From a virus, in the IMG/VR virus record IMGVR_UViG_3300027741_000024, positions 1 through 64,000 of that record: a stretch of 64,000 nucleotides of DNA. The stretch is one strand, 5' to 3'. Shown piece after piece: positions 40,090 through 48,963 of this stretch. The position numbers and the translations under genes are program-made. Numbering within the stretch: position 1 is the first letter of the stretch; every line of letters starts with the position of its first letter. The notes below the pieces were generated by a model. The model had not been told where the DNA came from. It did not search any database and saw nothing but the letters and a program-made list of their open reading frames with translations.

Positions 40090-40496
40090 AAAAAATAAAT
40101 GCAAATCTCTCAGAGATTTTTGATGTTGAACCAATTAAAGAAGAACCTAAAGTCGAAACTTTACCTGCTGTGGTAGAGTATGCTGATCCAGTAAATGCTG
40201 ATGCAGACTTTGCACGAAAAAATATTCGTGAACTGGTGACTCAAGGCAATCAAGCAGTAAACGAATTGATGCTCATAGCAAGAGATGGTCAACACCCACG
40301 TGCGTTTGAAGTGCTATCTGGTCTAATGAAAAACTTGGCTGATATGAATAAAGACTTGCTTGAAATACAAAAACGTAAAAAAGATTTAGTACCAAAAGCG
40401 GAAGCACAAAATAATTTAAACATAGATAAAGCAGTGTTTGTTGGTTCTACCGCAGAATTGGTAAAGATGCTTAAAACTCAAAAACAGGAAACATAA
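40086..40496 (+). CDS. gp16: Terminase small subunit gp16
   Basis: D..FAR.N, HPRAFEV, N....AVFVGST.EL.K.LK; between gp15 and gp17. Confidence 0.9.
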   Translation: MKKINANLSEIFDVEPIKEEPKVETLPAVVEYADPVNADADFARKNIRELVTQGNQAVNELMLIARDGQHPRAFEVLSGLMKNLADMNKDLLEIQKRKKDLVPKAEAQNNLNIDKAVFVGSTAELVKMLKTQKQET

Positions 40497-40930
40497 TGGA
40501 AAAACTTATTTCTCAACTTAAAACAATTTTAGGTACAAACTTTGCTTTGTATCTCAAATCGCATGGTTATCATTGGAACATTGAGGGTTCCAACTTTCCA
40601 CAATATCATGAATTTTTAAATGATTTTTATAATTCTGTATGGTTACAGACAGATGATATTGCAGAAAAACTTCGTTCATTAAATTCGTATGCACCAGGTT
40701 CACTTGCACGTATGTTAGAATTAGCAGACATTCAAGAAGCAACTAGTATACCTGATGCGATGGCAATGATGCGTGAACTATATGCAGACAATGAACGTTA
40801 TATTGTTCATCTTCGTGCTGGTATTATTGCTGCCGATGCTGCAGGTGAACCTGCTGTTGGTAACTTTTTACAAGACTTGTTAGGCGCACACCAGAAAAAA
40901 GGATGGATGTTGAGAAGCATCATTAAATAA
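40496..40930 (+). CDS. dps: Dps-family (mini-ferritin) DNA-protection protein
   Basis: H..HWNIEG.NF...HEF....Y......D.IAE ferroxidase signature and C-terminal H.K..WML; 144 aa. Confidence 0.9.
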   Translation: MEKLISQLKTILGTNFALYLKSHGYHWNIEGSNFPQYHEFLNDFYNSVWLQTDDIAEKLRSLNSYAPGSLARMLELADIQEATSIPDAMAMMRELYADNERYIVHLRAGIIAADAAGEPAVGNFLQDLLGAHQKKGWMLRSIIK

Positions 40931-40932
40931 AA

Positions 40933-42564
40933 ATGGATGACGGATACCTTGGTAATGCTAGACTTAAAAAAACAGGCACTGAACTATCCTATACTGAAGA
41001 ACAAGTATTAGAAATCGCAAAGTGTGCAGATGATCCTGTATACTTTATCAAAAAATACGTCAAGATTGTCAATGTTGACCGTGGTCTTATTCCATTTGAC
41101 ATGTGGGATTTTCAAGAGGACATGGTACGTACCTTTCACGAAAATCGTTTTACTATTGCAAAGATGCCACGACAGGTTGGTAAGACAACTACGACAGTTG
41201 GTTACATGTTATGGGCAGCAATCTTCAACGAAGAATACACTATTGGTATTCTTGCCAACAAAGGTCAGTTAGCCCGTGATATTCTAGGTCGTATTCAAAA
41301 GGCATATGAATATCTCCCTGCTTGGTTGCAACAAGGTATTATGACATGGAACAAAGGTTCTTTAGAATTAGAAAATGGTTCCAAAATATTTGCTTATGCA
41401 ACATCAGCAGGTGGTGTTCGAGGTGGTACTTATAATTTAATTTTTCTTGATGAGTTTGCGTTCGTTCCACACAACATGGCAGTTGAATTCTTCACATCAA
41501 CATATCCTGTTATCTCTTCTGGTCAAACCTCCAAAGTAATTATCGTTTCAACTCCTAATGGATTGAATTTGTTTTATAAGATGTGGACAGATGCAATTGA
41601 AAAACGTTCCACATATAAAACAGTTGAAGTTCACTGGTCGCAAGTACCTGGTCGTGATGCTCAGTGGAAAGAAGAAACAATACGAAACACTTCCGAAGAA
41701 CAATTTCGACAAGAGTTTGAGACAGAGTTTATTGGTTCATCGGCAACTCTTATTTCTGGTGCAAAACTTAGATCATTAGCATTTCATGAACCAATTAAAA
41801 TAGAAGAAAATTTTTACATTTATGAAGAACCTATACCTGGTCATCTATACATTGCTACGGTAGACTGTTCAGAGGGTGTAAATTTAGACTATTCCACCAT
41901 TAATGTACTTGATGCTACACAAGCACCATACAAACAGGTAGCAAGATACCGTAATAATAAATTACCACTATTGTTTTTTCCAACAGTCATTTACTCAGTT
42001 GCAAAACGATACAATGAAGCATTCGTATTAGTAGAAACTAATAATGTTGGTCAACAAGTGGTAGATATTCTTCATTATGACTTAGAGTATGAAAATATTT
42101 ACAAGACTGAACAACATCACATTAAAGGTCAGTCTATCTCTTCAGGATTTAAAAGGTCAACATCGTTTGGTATTAAAACAACCAAATCAGTCAAGAAGAT
42201 TGGTTGTGCCAACTTAAAGACTTTGGTGGAGAATGACAAGTTGATTATCAATGACTTTGATACCATTAATGAGATGAATACATTTGTTCGAGTCAGAGAT
42301 TCATATGCGGCAGAAGAAGGCAGCAATGATGACATTGTTATGGGATTGGTTTTGTTTTCTTGGTTGACTGCACAGTCATTCTTCAAAGACTCTACCAATA
42401 TTGATATTCGTAAGATGATGTTAGATGAACAAAATATGTTAATTGATGAGACCATGACACCTTTTGGATTCATAGAAAATGGTCTCCAAGAAGAAGTTGT
42501 AGATGATGGTGATGACCGTTGGCACTTTGCGGAAAAACGTGGGTATCCAATCTCAAGTTTCTAA
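40933..42564 (+). CDS. gp17: Terminase large subunit gp17
   Basis: YLGN..LK, PRQVGKTT (Walker A), LIFLDEFAF (Walker B), STPNGLN, FRQEF, DD.VM nuclease motif. Confidence 0.97.
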   Translation: MDDGYLGNARLKKTGTELSYTEEQVLEIAKCADDPVYFIKKYVKIVNVDRGLIPFDMWDFQEDMVRTFHENRFTIAKMPRQVGKTTTTVGYMLWAAIFNEEYTIGILANKGQLARDILGRIQKAYEYLPAWLQQGIMTWNKGSLELENGSKIFAYATSAGGVRGGTYNLIFLDEFAFVPHNMAVEFFTSTYPVISSGQTSKVIIVSTPNGLNLFYKMWTDAIEKRSTYKTVEVHWSQVPGRDAQWKEETIRNTSEEQFRQEFETEFIGSSATLISGAKLRSLAFHEPIKIEENFYIYEEPIPGHLYIATVDCSEGVNLDYSTINVLDATQAPYKQVARYRNNKLPLLFFPTVIYSVAKRYNEAFVLVETNNVGQQVVDILHYDLEYENIYKTEQHHIKGQSISSGFKRSTSFGIKTTKSVKKIGCANLKTLVENDKLIINDFDTINEMNTFVRVRDSYAAEEGSNDDIVMGLVLFSWLTAQSFFKDSTNIDIRKMMLDEQNMLIDETMTPFGFIENGLQEEVVDDGDDRWHFAEKRGYPISSF

Positions 42565-42567
42565 AAA

Positions 42568-42575
42568 ACTAAATA
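42568..42575 (+). promoter_or_regulatory. Putative late promoter (gp18)
   Basis: ACTAAATA in the gp17-gp18 gap. Confidence 0.65.
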
Positions 42576-42619
42576 GACTATCAAAGACAATTGACCCAAA
42601 CAATTAAAGGAGAAATCCA

Positions 42620-44317
42620 ATGGCATTTCAATTATCACCTGGAGTAAATGTATCAGAAATTGATCTGACTACAGTTATTCCTTCAGTTGCAACTTCTACA
42701 GGAGCATTTGTAGGACCTTTTGCTTGGGGACCATGCAGTGAAGTTACTACCATTTCTGACGAAACTCGTTTAGTCAGTACCTTTGGTAAACCGAATAACG
42801 ATAATTATGAATATTGGTTCTCAGCAGCAAACTTTCTGGCATACGGAAACAATTTAAAAGTAGTTCGTGCAATCAATACCGCAACATCTGGAAATAGTAC
42901 AGCAAGCGGTAATCCTGTTCAAATCAAAAATAAAGATGAGTGGACAGCAAATCAACAAGGTAATGCGGACGGCACAAATAACGGATGGGCAGCACGTTAT
43001 CCTGGTGCAATTGGCAATACACTTAAAATTTCTGTAGCAGATGGCGGTTCATATGCTGGATGGGCATACGCTTCTCAATTTACCGCAACTCCAAATACAT
43101 CTACTTATGTTGCCAGCAAAGGCAATTCAAATGCTAATGATGAAATGCATATTGTAGTTGTGGATGAAGAAGGTTTATTTTCAGGCACCGCAGGCACAGT
43201 TTTAGAAAAATATGCATTTGTTTCAAAAGCATCCGATGCAAAAGATGATTCTGGCAATTCAAGTTACTATAAAAATGTTATTGCTCAACAATCACAATAT
43301 ATTCACTGGTTGGCACATCCTGCTACTGCAAACTTAGGTTCAGGCACTGCATGGGGTTCAACAGCAAATGGATCTGCATTTAAAACAACAACAGCAAATA
43401 TCACATTCTCATTCTCTGGCGGTACTGATGGTAACATTAGTTCATCCCAGATTACTTCTGGTTGGGATTCATTTAAAAATGCTGAAGCAGTTGATGTGTC
43501 GTTGTTAGTAACTGGTACAGGTAACTCAACAGTTGCAACATATGTTATCAGCAACATTGCAGAAAGTCGTAAAGATTGCGTAGCATTTATTTCGCCAACT
43601 AAGGCAAATGTTGTCAACAATCCAGGTAACGAAGCAACATCGGTAGTTGCTTTCCGTAATGCTTTGACATCATCTTCTTATGCTGTAATTGATTCTGGTT
43701 ACAAATACCAGTATGACAAATATGCAGACCTCTATCGCTGGGTACCACTGAATGGTGACATTGCTGGTCTCTGTGTTCGTACAGATACCGAACGTGATCC
43801 TTGGTTCTCACCAGGTGGTATGAACCGTGGTGTAATTAAAAACGTAGTTAAACTTGCATGGAATCCAACTAAGACTGAGCGTGATACATTATACGTTACA
43901 GGTATTAACCCAGTTGTTTCATTCCCAGGTGAAGGTACAGTTTTGTTTGGTGATAAAACAATGTTGGCCAAACCAAGTGCATTTGATCGTATCAATGTTC
44001 GCCGTTTGTTTATTGTACTTGAGAAAGCAATTAGTCGTGCAGCACGTTTCTCATTATTTGAATTCAATGACCAGTTTACACGTGCTCAGTTTGTAGCAAT
44101 CGTAGAACCATTCTTGCGTGATGTACAAGGTCGCCGTGGTATCACTGACTTCCGTGTTGTTTGTGATGATACAAATAATACTGGACAAGTTATTGATTCA
44201 AATCAGTTTATTGGTGACATTTATATCAAACCAGCCCGATCAATCAACTTCATTCAGTTGAACTTTGTTGCCGTTCGTACAGGCGTACAGTTCAATGAAG
44301 TTGTAGGATCGTTCTAA
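42620..44317 (+). CDS. gp18: Tail sheath protein gp18
   Basis: SPGV.VSEIDLT, F.WGP, ARYPG..GN, PWFSP.G..RG, GDKT......FDRINVRRLF, IKPARSINFI.LNF.A. Confidence 0.97.
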   Translation: MAFQLSPGVNVSEIDLTTVIPSVATSTGAFVGPFAWGPCSEVTTISDETRLVSTFGKPNNDNYEYWFSAANFLAYGNNLKVVRAINTATSGNSTASGNPVQIKNKDEWTANQQGNADGTNNGWAARYPGAIGNTLKISVADGGSYAGWAYASQFTATPNTSTYVASKGNSNANDEMHIVVVDEEGLFSGTAGTVLEKYAFVSKASDAKDDSGNSSYYKNVIAQQSQYIHWLAHPATANLGSGTAWGSTANGSAFKTTTANITFSFSGGTDGNISSSQITSGWDSFKNAEAVDVSLLVTGTGNSTVATYVISNIAESRKDCVAFISPTKANVVNNPGNEATSVVAFRNALTSSSYAVIDSGYKYQYDKYADLYRWVPLNGDIAGLCVRTDTERDPWFSPGGMNRGVIKNVVKLAWNPTKTERDTLYVTGINPVVSFPGEGTVLFGDKTMLAKPSAFDRINVRRLFIVLEKAISRAARFSLFEFNDQFTRAQFVAIVEPFLRDVQGRRGITDFRVVCDDTNNTGQVIDSNQFIGDIYIKPARSINFIQLNFVAVRTGVQFNEVVGSF

Positions 44318-44320
44318 ATA
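44313..44320 (+). promoter_or_regulatory. Putative late promoter (gp19)
   Basis: TCTAAATA overlapping the gp18 stop. Confidence 0.55.
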
Positions 44321-44341
44321 GAGAGAAACAGGAGAAAATAA

Positions 44342-44887
44342 ATGGCATTTAATGTAAATCAGTTCCGTTCACAATTAACAGGTGACGGTGCCCGCCCAAA
44401 TCTATTTGAGGTAAGTTTGCCGTTTCCTGCGTTCTCATTGCCAGGAAACGCACAAACAAAAACAACGTTCATGTGTAAGACAGCACAACTTCCAGGTTCA
44501 ACTCTGGGTGTTGCGCCTGTACAATACTTTGGTCGTGAGTTAAAGTTTGTGGGAAATCGTACATTTGCTGACTGGACAATTACAGTTATCAATGATGAGG
44601 ACTTTGTGGTACGCAATGCATTTGAACGTTGGATGGCTGGCATTAATAGTCATAATCTAAACGTTCGTAATCCAGTTGCTGGTACACCACTTGGTTACAC
44701 TGTTGATGGTGAAGTTACTCAGTTTGGCAAAGCAGGCAACACTCTTAAAAAGTATAAATTTATAGGATTGTTTCCAACAGATGTAACTCCAATTGACGTT
44801 GATTGGGGTTCAAATGATGCGATTGAAGAGTTCTCTGTTACTTTGACCTACCAGTGGTGGGACTCAGTAGCAAGCGGCGTGATCTAA
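44342..44887 (+). CDS. gp19: Tail tube protein gp19
   Basis: GARPNLFEV, CK.AQLP.S.LG, GR..K..G.RTF.DWT.T..NDEDF, IEEF.VT..YQ.W. Confidence 0.96.
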   Translation: MAFNVNQFRSQLTGDGARPNLFEVSLPFPAFSLPGNAQTKTTFMCKTAQLPGSTLGVAPVQYFGRELKFVGNRTFADWTITVINDEDFVVRNAFERWMAGINSHNLNVRNPVAGTPLGYTVDGEVTQFGKAGNTLKKYKFIGLFPTDVTPIDVDWGSNDAIEEFSVTLTYQWWDSVASGVI

Positions 44888-44888
44888 G

Positions 44889-44911
44889 AGTAGGGGATTT
44901 TCCCTACTTTT
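44889..44911 (+). terminator. Hairpin after gp19, probable weak terminator ahead of the portal gene
   Basis: AGTAGGGG-ATTT-TCCCTACT stem (one G-U pair) followed by a short T run. Confidence 0.6.
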
Positions 44912-44931
44912 ATCTATAGGATGAAAGATTA

Positions 44932-46602
44932 ATGGCAATAAAATTATTCGGCTTTACATTAGGCTCAAAGGATGTTGTTCAGGTAGAAAAACCTGAGCAG
45001 TCATCCTTTGCGTTGCCTACTGCGGCTATTGATGACGGTGCAGTTACCGTTACACAGAATGCCTATTATGGTACGTATGTCGATTTAGAAGGTTCGGTGC
45101 GTAATGAGATTGAACTCATTACACGTTATCGTGAGATGTCTAATCATCCAGAATTAGATATGGCAATTGATGAGATTGTCAACGAAGCAATCTCTCATGA
45201 TGAAGCAGGTAAAGTTTGTGATATCGTAATGGATAATCTCAATCAACCTGAATCAATCAAAAAGAAAATCAACGAAGAGTTTCAAAACGTCTTAAAGATG
45301 TTGAACTTTTCTAATCTTGCGGATGACTTATTCAAACGTTGGTACATTGATGGAAGATTGTTCTATCATGTTGTTGTCAACGATAAAAATCCAAAAGAAG
45401 GTATACAAGAACTAAGATATATTGATCCACGTAAGATTCGTAAAGTTCGTGAGATCAAAAAAGATCGTGATCCTAAAACAGGCGCACAGATTATTGCATC
45501 TACCGCAGAGTATTATGTCTTTAATGATAAAGGTCAGACTACTCAAACATTTACATCAAATGTAGGTCAAGGCGTTCGTATTGCACCAGATTCAATTATT
45601 AATGTGAACTCTGGTTTGATGGATGCAAAGAATACATTTGTTATTTCATATCTACATAAAGCAATCAAGCCACTCAATCAACTTAGAATGATTGAAGATG
45701 CGATTGTTATCTACCGTATTAGTCGTGCTCCCGAACGCCGTATATTCTACATTGACGTTGGTAACTTGCCACGTGGTAAAGCAGAACAGTATCTTCGTGA
45801 TGTTATGGTCAAGTATCGTAACAAGATGGTGTATGATGCTAACACTGGTGAACTTCGTGATGAACGTAAGCACATGTCGATGCTTGAAGATTTCTGGTTA
45901 CCACGCCGTGAAGGTGGTAAAGGTACAGAGATTACTACATTACCAGCGGGTCAAAACTTAGGTGAATTGGAAGATGTTAAATACTTTCAGAAGAAATTAC
46001 TACAGTGTTTGAATGTACCTTATTCACGCCTTGAAGATACTGGAGGTGGTTTTGCAGGCATGGGTCGTTCACAAGAAGTTACCCGTGATGAATTAAAGTT
46101 TGCTAAGTTTGTTTCTAGACTTCGTAATAAGTTTACACAGTTATTTGATCATGCTTTGCGTATTCAGTTGGTACTTAAAGGTATCTGTACATTGGAAGAG
46201 TATGAAGAATTCAAAGAAGATATCTACTATGACTTCCAAAAAGATAATAACTTTACTGAGATGCGAGCCTCAGAATTGTTACAGAATCGTTTACAGATGT
46301 TGCAAATGGTTGATCCATATATTGGTAGATACTTTTCTAATCATTACATTAAGAACAAAATTTTGATGATGACAGATGAAGAGATTGAGAAGATGGATGA
46401 ACAAATTGCAGAAGAAAAAGATTCATTACCAGATGATATGCAAGGTTCTATAATGAATGCGCCTCAAGATGGTGCCGATGCTAATGAGTATCCACCAGAA
46501 GATAATACCGCAGAAAATACAGATCAAGAAGAGTCTTTAACACCTGGTCTAGATGATGAGGTAAACAAGTCTGTAACAAACATAAATAGTAAACGTAAAT
46601 AG
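44932..46602 (+). CDS. gp20: Portal protein gp20
   Basis: YREM..HPE.D.AI.EIVNEA, WYIDGR, LRYIDPRKI, YR..RAPERRIFYIDVGNLP..KAEQYL, EDFWLPRREGG.GTEI.TLP. Confidence 0.97.
   Translation: MAIKLFGFTLGSKDVVQVEKPEQSSFALPTAAIDDGAVTVTQNAYYGTYVDLEGSVRNEIELITRYREMSNHPELDMAIDEIVNEAISHDEAGKVCDIVMDNLNQPESIKKKINEEFQNVLKMLNFSNLADDLFKRWYIDGRLFYHVVVNDKNPKEGIQELRYIDPRKIRKVREIKKDRDPKTGAQIIASTAEYYVFNDKGQTTQTFTSNVGQGVRIAPDSIINVNSGLMDAKNTFVISYLHKAIKPLNQLRMIEDAIVIYRISRAPERRIFYIDVGNLPRGKAEQYLRDVMVKYRNKMVYDANTGELRDERKHMSMLEDFWLPRREGGKGTEITTLPAGQNLGELEDVKYFQKKLLQCLNVPYSRLEDTGGGFAGMGRSQEVTRDELKFAKFVSRLRNKFTQLFDHALRIQLVLKGICTLEEYEEFKEDIYYDFQKDNNFTEMRASELLQNRLQMLQMVDPYIGRYFSNHYIKNKILMMTDEEIEKMDEQIAEEKDSLPDDMQGSIMNAPQDGADANEYPPEDNTAENTDQEESLTPGLDDEVNKSVTNINSKRK
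46581..46588 (+). promoter_or_regulatory. Putative late promoter (head core genes)
   Basis: CATAAATA at the 3' end of gp20. Confidence 0.55.
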
Positions 46603-46610
46603 GAGTTGTG

Positions 46611-46820
46611 ATGGATATTCAAGACATAATTAATAATATTGCAGCAGGCGAAAATCTTGACGCTAAAGAAGGTTTAGAAAATGTATTATCCACGAAAGCG
46701 TTCGATGCGCTCCAAAATCGCAAACAAGAAATCGCTTCTGCTCTTTATGCTGGGCAAGAGGAAACGCCTGAAGATGATGCCGAATCCGAAGAAGAAAACG
46801 AAGAAATAGAACAAGAATGA
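46611..46820 (+). CDS. Prohead core protein, gp67-like
   Basis: Short protein with an acidic tail directly after the portal; SD AGGAG favours ATG 46611. Confidence 0.65.
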   Translation: MDIQDIINNIAAGENLDAKEGLENVLSTKAFDALQNRKQEIASALYAGQEETPEDDAESEEENEEIEQE

Positions 46821-47494
46821 AATCGTTACTAGATTTTAAACTTATTACGGAAGAAGAGAAGAAAGACTATTCAAAGTTTGATGCTCTTGTTCGTGCAGGT
46901 TTAGCAAACAAAGCACAAGTGCAACGTATCCACAAGATACTGGATAAGATGGGTGAAGATAAACCTAATTTTAGTCCTGCTGATCGTGCCATAATGCAGA
47001 ACTTGTTTAACCGTATGGTAGATTTAATTTCTAATAATAAACAAATTTATGGTCGTGTAAAGCAAGCGGTACGTGAAGAGTTGGATGAGTCAACAAGTTC
47101 ACCACTGGTACCAGTACCGCCAATTATTCTGGTAATCAAACGTAAAGCGGTAAGATTATATCCAGATGGTACACGTATTGCATTGTACTACAGTGATAAG
47201 ATGAATAGGTATTTTAGTGTGCCGTTTGGATCACCAATGGCAGATATTTCTGGTATACAGGCAGAAAATTTTATTGATGAACTAAGAGCAACTGTTAAAT
47301 TAACTGAAGAGACTACATTAGAATTGCAAGATGGTAGTCAAATAGAACTTGATACTTTGATGGTTAATCGTATAGTTTATGCTTACGATGGTTTAGAAGA
47401 AGAGAACAAAGAAAAGTTTATAGACTTACTAACAAGTTCCGAAGAAAGTTTTGACAAGACATATGAGTTTTGTAGATCACATTATCAAGTCTAA
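46817..47494 (+). CDS. Putative internal head/core protein
   Basis: N-terminus MKSLLDFKLITEE resembles the T4 capsid-targeting sequence; internal L-x-E motifs; in the head cluster. Confidence 0.55.
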   Translation: MKSLLDFKLITEEEKKDYSKFDALVRAGLANKAQVQRIHKILDKMGEDKPNFSPADRAIMQNLFNRMVDLISNNKQIYGRVKQAVREELDESTSSPLVPVPPIILVIKRKAVRLYPDGTRIALYYSDKMNRYFSVPFGSPMADISGIQAENFIDELRATVKLTEETTLELQDGSQIELDTLMVNRIVYAYDGLEEENKEKFIDLLTSSEESFDKTYEFCRSHYQV

Positions 47495-47915
47495 ACTAGA
47501 TGAAGCTCGTCAGGCCATCTTTGCACGTTTAGATGAACTTGTTGCTCAAAAGTTAGAAGAAGCAAAACCATTTGTTGTTGAAACAATTTTTGAGGAAGTT
47601 GAGTGGGAAGGTTTGGATGAGGCAGTAAAACGTAATCCAAATATTATGAAGATGGGTAGAGTTACTAAAATTCGTAGGCGCATTCGCCGTAACACCAAAG
47701 GTAGAATTATAGTACAAAGAAATGTTCGTAAGTCGGGTATTAAAGGTTATAAATTGTCAGGTAATACAGTACGTAAAATACCTGCAACAGTAAGAATAGC
47801 AAAAGCACGAAAGTTAAAACGTTCGTGGAAAACAACAAGAAGAGCAAAACTTAGACGCACATTGATGAAAAGAAAGATGTCGATGCGCCGAAGATCATCT
47901 ATAGGACTAAAGTAA
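47463..47915 (+). CDS. Prohead core protein, gp68-like (very basic C-terminal half)
   Basis: Acidic N-half ending GLDE, then an Arg/Lys-rich tail ending RKMSMRRRSSIGLK, like the gp68 C-terminus; start placed at MSFVDH. Confidence 0.7.
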   Translation: MSFVDHIIKSKLDEARQAIFARLDELVAQKLEEAKPFVVETIFEEVEWEGLDEAVKRNPNIMKMGRVTKIRRRIRRNTKGRIIVQRNVRKSGIKGYKLSGNTVRKIPATVRIAKARKLKRSWKTTRRAKLRRTLMKRKMSMRRRSSIGLK

Positions 47916-47916
47916 A

Positions 47917-48282
47917 ATGGGAATTGAATATAACAATACGTTAAGAGGATCATCAGTGATTAGGATTAATGATCCTGGCACTTATTATATTAATCTTACT
48001 GATTTAAGAGCAAACACAACTACTGAAAACGTAACTTCGTTTGATATCAAACGTATATTTTGGTCAACAAACGGTAACATTCTTATTACCAGAAACAGTA
48101 TTCCACTTCTGAGTTTACATAACTCAAGTGAATTCCGTTTTGATGATTTGGGATATTCATTAGCAAACAATAATACATCAAGTGTAACTATTACAATTAA
48201 TAGTGGAGGCACTGTTATTATGGAAACTTCAAAAGTTGCTTCTTATAACGTTGATCCATATACAGGGTATTCAATTCCATGA
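47917..48282 (+). CDS. Small beta-rich hypothetical protein, possibly head-associated
   Basis: 121 aa, Asn/Ser/Thr-rich, between gp68-like and gp21. Confidence 0.65.
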   Translation: MGIEYNNTLRGSSVIRINDPGTYYINLTDLRANTTTENVTSFDIKRIFWSTNGNILITRNSIPLLSLHNSSEFRFDDLGYSLANNNTSSVTITINSGGTVIMETSKVASYNVDPYTGYSIP

Positions 48283-48929
48283 AACTAATTAAAGAACAAA
48301 TTGAGGACGTAAAGTACCTTACAGAAACCACAGAGAGTGGTAAAAAAAACATGTATATCGAAGGTCGTTTTTTGGTTGGCGATGAAGTCAATCGAAATAA
48401 CCGCATGTATGAAATGAAAACATTACGAAATGAAGTTGCTCGTTATACCAAAGAATACATCAATACTAATCGTGCTCTTGGTGAACTAGGGCATCCAGAT
48501 ACTCCATCGTTAAATCTAGAACGTGTGTCACATAAGATTGTAAGTCTAGTAGAAGATGGAAATACTTTCAGAGGTAAAGCACTTGTATTAGATACACCTT
48601 ATGGCCAGATTGTCAAGAATTTTATTGATTGTGATGTTAATCTTGGTGTATCCAGTCGTGCTATGGGTTCTGTAGTTATGACAAAAGAAGGTTATAATCT
48701 GGTACAAGATGATCTGCGTCTTGCTACAGCTGCAGACATTGTTGCTGATCCATCTGCACCCGGTGCTTTCGTTCAAGGTATTATGGAAAACAAAGAATGG
48801 TTGTTTGTCGAGGGGCGATTTGTTGAAGTAGACTTTGACAATGCTAAAAGACAGATTCGTGCAGCACCTTCCCGTCAGATAGAGGAAGTTGCTCTGAAAC
48901 TATTTGAAAATTACCTATCTAAACTTTAA
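48279..48929 (+). CDS. gp21: Prohead protease gp21
   Basis: MKLI.E, NRN.R.Y, RALGELGHP, LGVSSR.MGS, D.VADPSAP.AFV.GIME. Confidence 0.96.
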   Translation: MKLIKEQIEDVKYLTETTESGKKNMYIEGRFLVGDEVNRNNRMYEMKTLRNEVARYTKEYINTNRALGELGHPDTPSLNLERVSHKIVSLVEDGNTFRGKALVLDTPYGQIVKNFIDCDVNLGVSSRAMGSVVMTKEGYNLVQDDLRLATAADIVADPSAPGAFVQGIMENKEWLFVEGRFVEVDFDNAKRQIRAAPSRQIEEVALKLFENYLSKL

Positions 48930-48933
48930 AATT

Positions 48934-48941
48934 TATAAATA
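48934..48941 (+). promoter_or_regulatory. T4-type late (gp55) promoter
   Basis: Exact TATAAATA in the gp21-gp22 intergenic gap. Confidence 0.85.
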
Positions 48942-48963
48942 AGAAATCATAAGGAGATATCCA

